Of a stretch of DNA of 51,875 bases, positions 51,232 through 51,875 are shown one piece after another. Position numbers and translations under genes: made by a program. Each line of letters starts with the position of its first letter. Position 1 is the stretch's first letter. Source of the stretch: a virus (lineage: Duplodnaviria > Caudoviricetes); the IMG/VR virus record IMGVR_UViG_3300020109_000029, positions 1-51,875 of that record; one strand, given 5' to 3'. The notes under the pieces are model-generated. The model worked only from the letters and a program-made list of their open reading frames with translations. It made no database searches and was not told the DNA's origin.

Positions 51232-51870
51232 GTGGCAAGCCCAACCCTTTCCCTAGTGACCACGGCCCAAGAAGCCGCCGAGCGCTACAATGCCTTCCTC
51301 GCCAGTGATGCGCTGATTCAGAACGGCTGGCATGACGAACAGGACGGCCGACAGCTAGCCTGCGCCCTGGGCGTCCTCGGGGAGGAGGTCGAGGGGGCTA
51401 AAGATTGTCCTGCCACGGTCATGCCGCGCTGGCTGGCGCAGATGGTTCCGGGCTTCTTCGACTGCCAACGGTTTGAGGACGCGAAGGACTGGGGCCGGCG
51501 TTTCTACGAACAACTGGCCCGTCTTGGAGGCGACGTGCCGTTCAACGTCGTCCACGACTGGCAGGCCCATACGGTCGGACCCCTCGCTGTAGAGCTCGCC
51601 GAAAAGCGGGGTCGCGACGTCGAGCCTCACAAGGCCTTGGCCGAAATGCAGCGGAAGGCCCTCACCGGCCAGAAGTTCACTGCCGATGAGTGGCGCCCGA
51701 TCTTGAAGGACGCGTTTTACGACATCTACCTGTGTCGCTACGACGCCGACGCCGACGCCGACGCCAACGCCGACGCCGACGCCTACGCCTACGCCAACGC
51801 CAAAGCCGACGCCTACGCCTACGCCGACGCCAACGCCTACACCAACGCCGACGCCGACGCCTACGCCTAA
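51232..51870 (+). CDS. First gene of the early operon, with an (Ala-Tyr/Asp/Asn)n repeat
   Basis: GGAG RBS; ACALG...CPA..MPRWLA N-terminal domain; repeat from about 51742. Confidence 0.8.
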   Translation: MASPTLSLVTTAQEAAERYNAFLASDALIQNGWHDEQDGRQLACALGVLGEEVEGAKDCPATVMPRWLAQMVPGFFDCQRFEDAKDWGRRFYEQLARLGGDVPFNVVHDWQAHTVGPLAVELAEKRGRDVEPHKALAEMQRKALTGQKFTADEWRPILKDAFYDIYLCRYDADADADANADADAYAYANAKADAYAYADANAYTNADADAYA

Positions 51871-51875
51871 GCCAA
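51742..51875 (+). repeat. GCC-NAC hexamer tandem repeat
   Basis: Read directly; continues at position 1. Confidence 0.95.

Larger units (their letters stand above)
1..51875. mobile_element. Temperate phage genome in excised/circular form, circularly permuted
   Basis: Complete set of immunity, recombination, integration, replication, packaging, head, tail and lysis modules; intact attP between xis and int; no host genes; the same GCCNAC repeat at both window ends. Confidence 0.93.

Noticed and set aside
51868-51870. Stop-codon reassignment
   Set aside because: TAA, TAG and TGA all end clear genes elsewhere; this single case lies at the contig end.
51742-51875. Diversity-generating retroelement suggested by variable NAC codons
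   Set aside because: No reverse transcriptase and no template/variable repeat pair. The second-position A does not vary, unlike DGR AAC-to-NNC mutagenesis.

Overview
The window looks like a near-complete, circularly permuted genome of a temperate long-tailed phage (siphovirus type). The host is probably an alphaproteobacterium, most likely Caulobacteraceae, inferred from high GC, a GcrA homologue and a GTTC-N7-GTTC LexA box. The layout is lambda-like. The immunity region is at 49.2-51.2 kb (cro / cI-like, TCGCA-N3-TGCGA operators). A + strand early operon wraps through the window ends and carries a Rad52-family recombinase, SSB, NinB, HNHs, QueD-like and TGT/DpdA-like genes, a C5 methyltransferase, Lar-like and xis. 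Next come an intact attP (tRNA-Ser 3' end) and a P4-type integrase. A long - strand block holds GcrA, DnaB, the initiator with iterons, an HslV-like gene, terminases, head, tail, tailspike and lysis genes. Main highlights: (1) tandem non-canonical tRNA-like cloverleaf RNAs in the late-operon leader; (2) a C5 methyltransferase ORF that fully contains two other genes in its +1 frame, a motif-IX/TRD subunit and an HNH nuclease; (3) a minimal QueD-like + TGT-like module split at a UUU_CGG +1 frameshift; (4) a LexA box on the integrase operon paired with a repressor that lacks a self-cleavage domain; (5) repeated gene-junction sequences in the early operon. All calls come from manual motif recognition. 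No database searches or folding programs were run.
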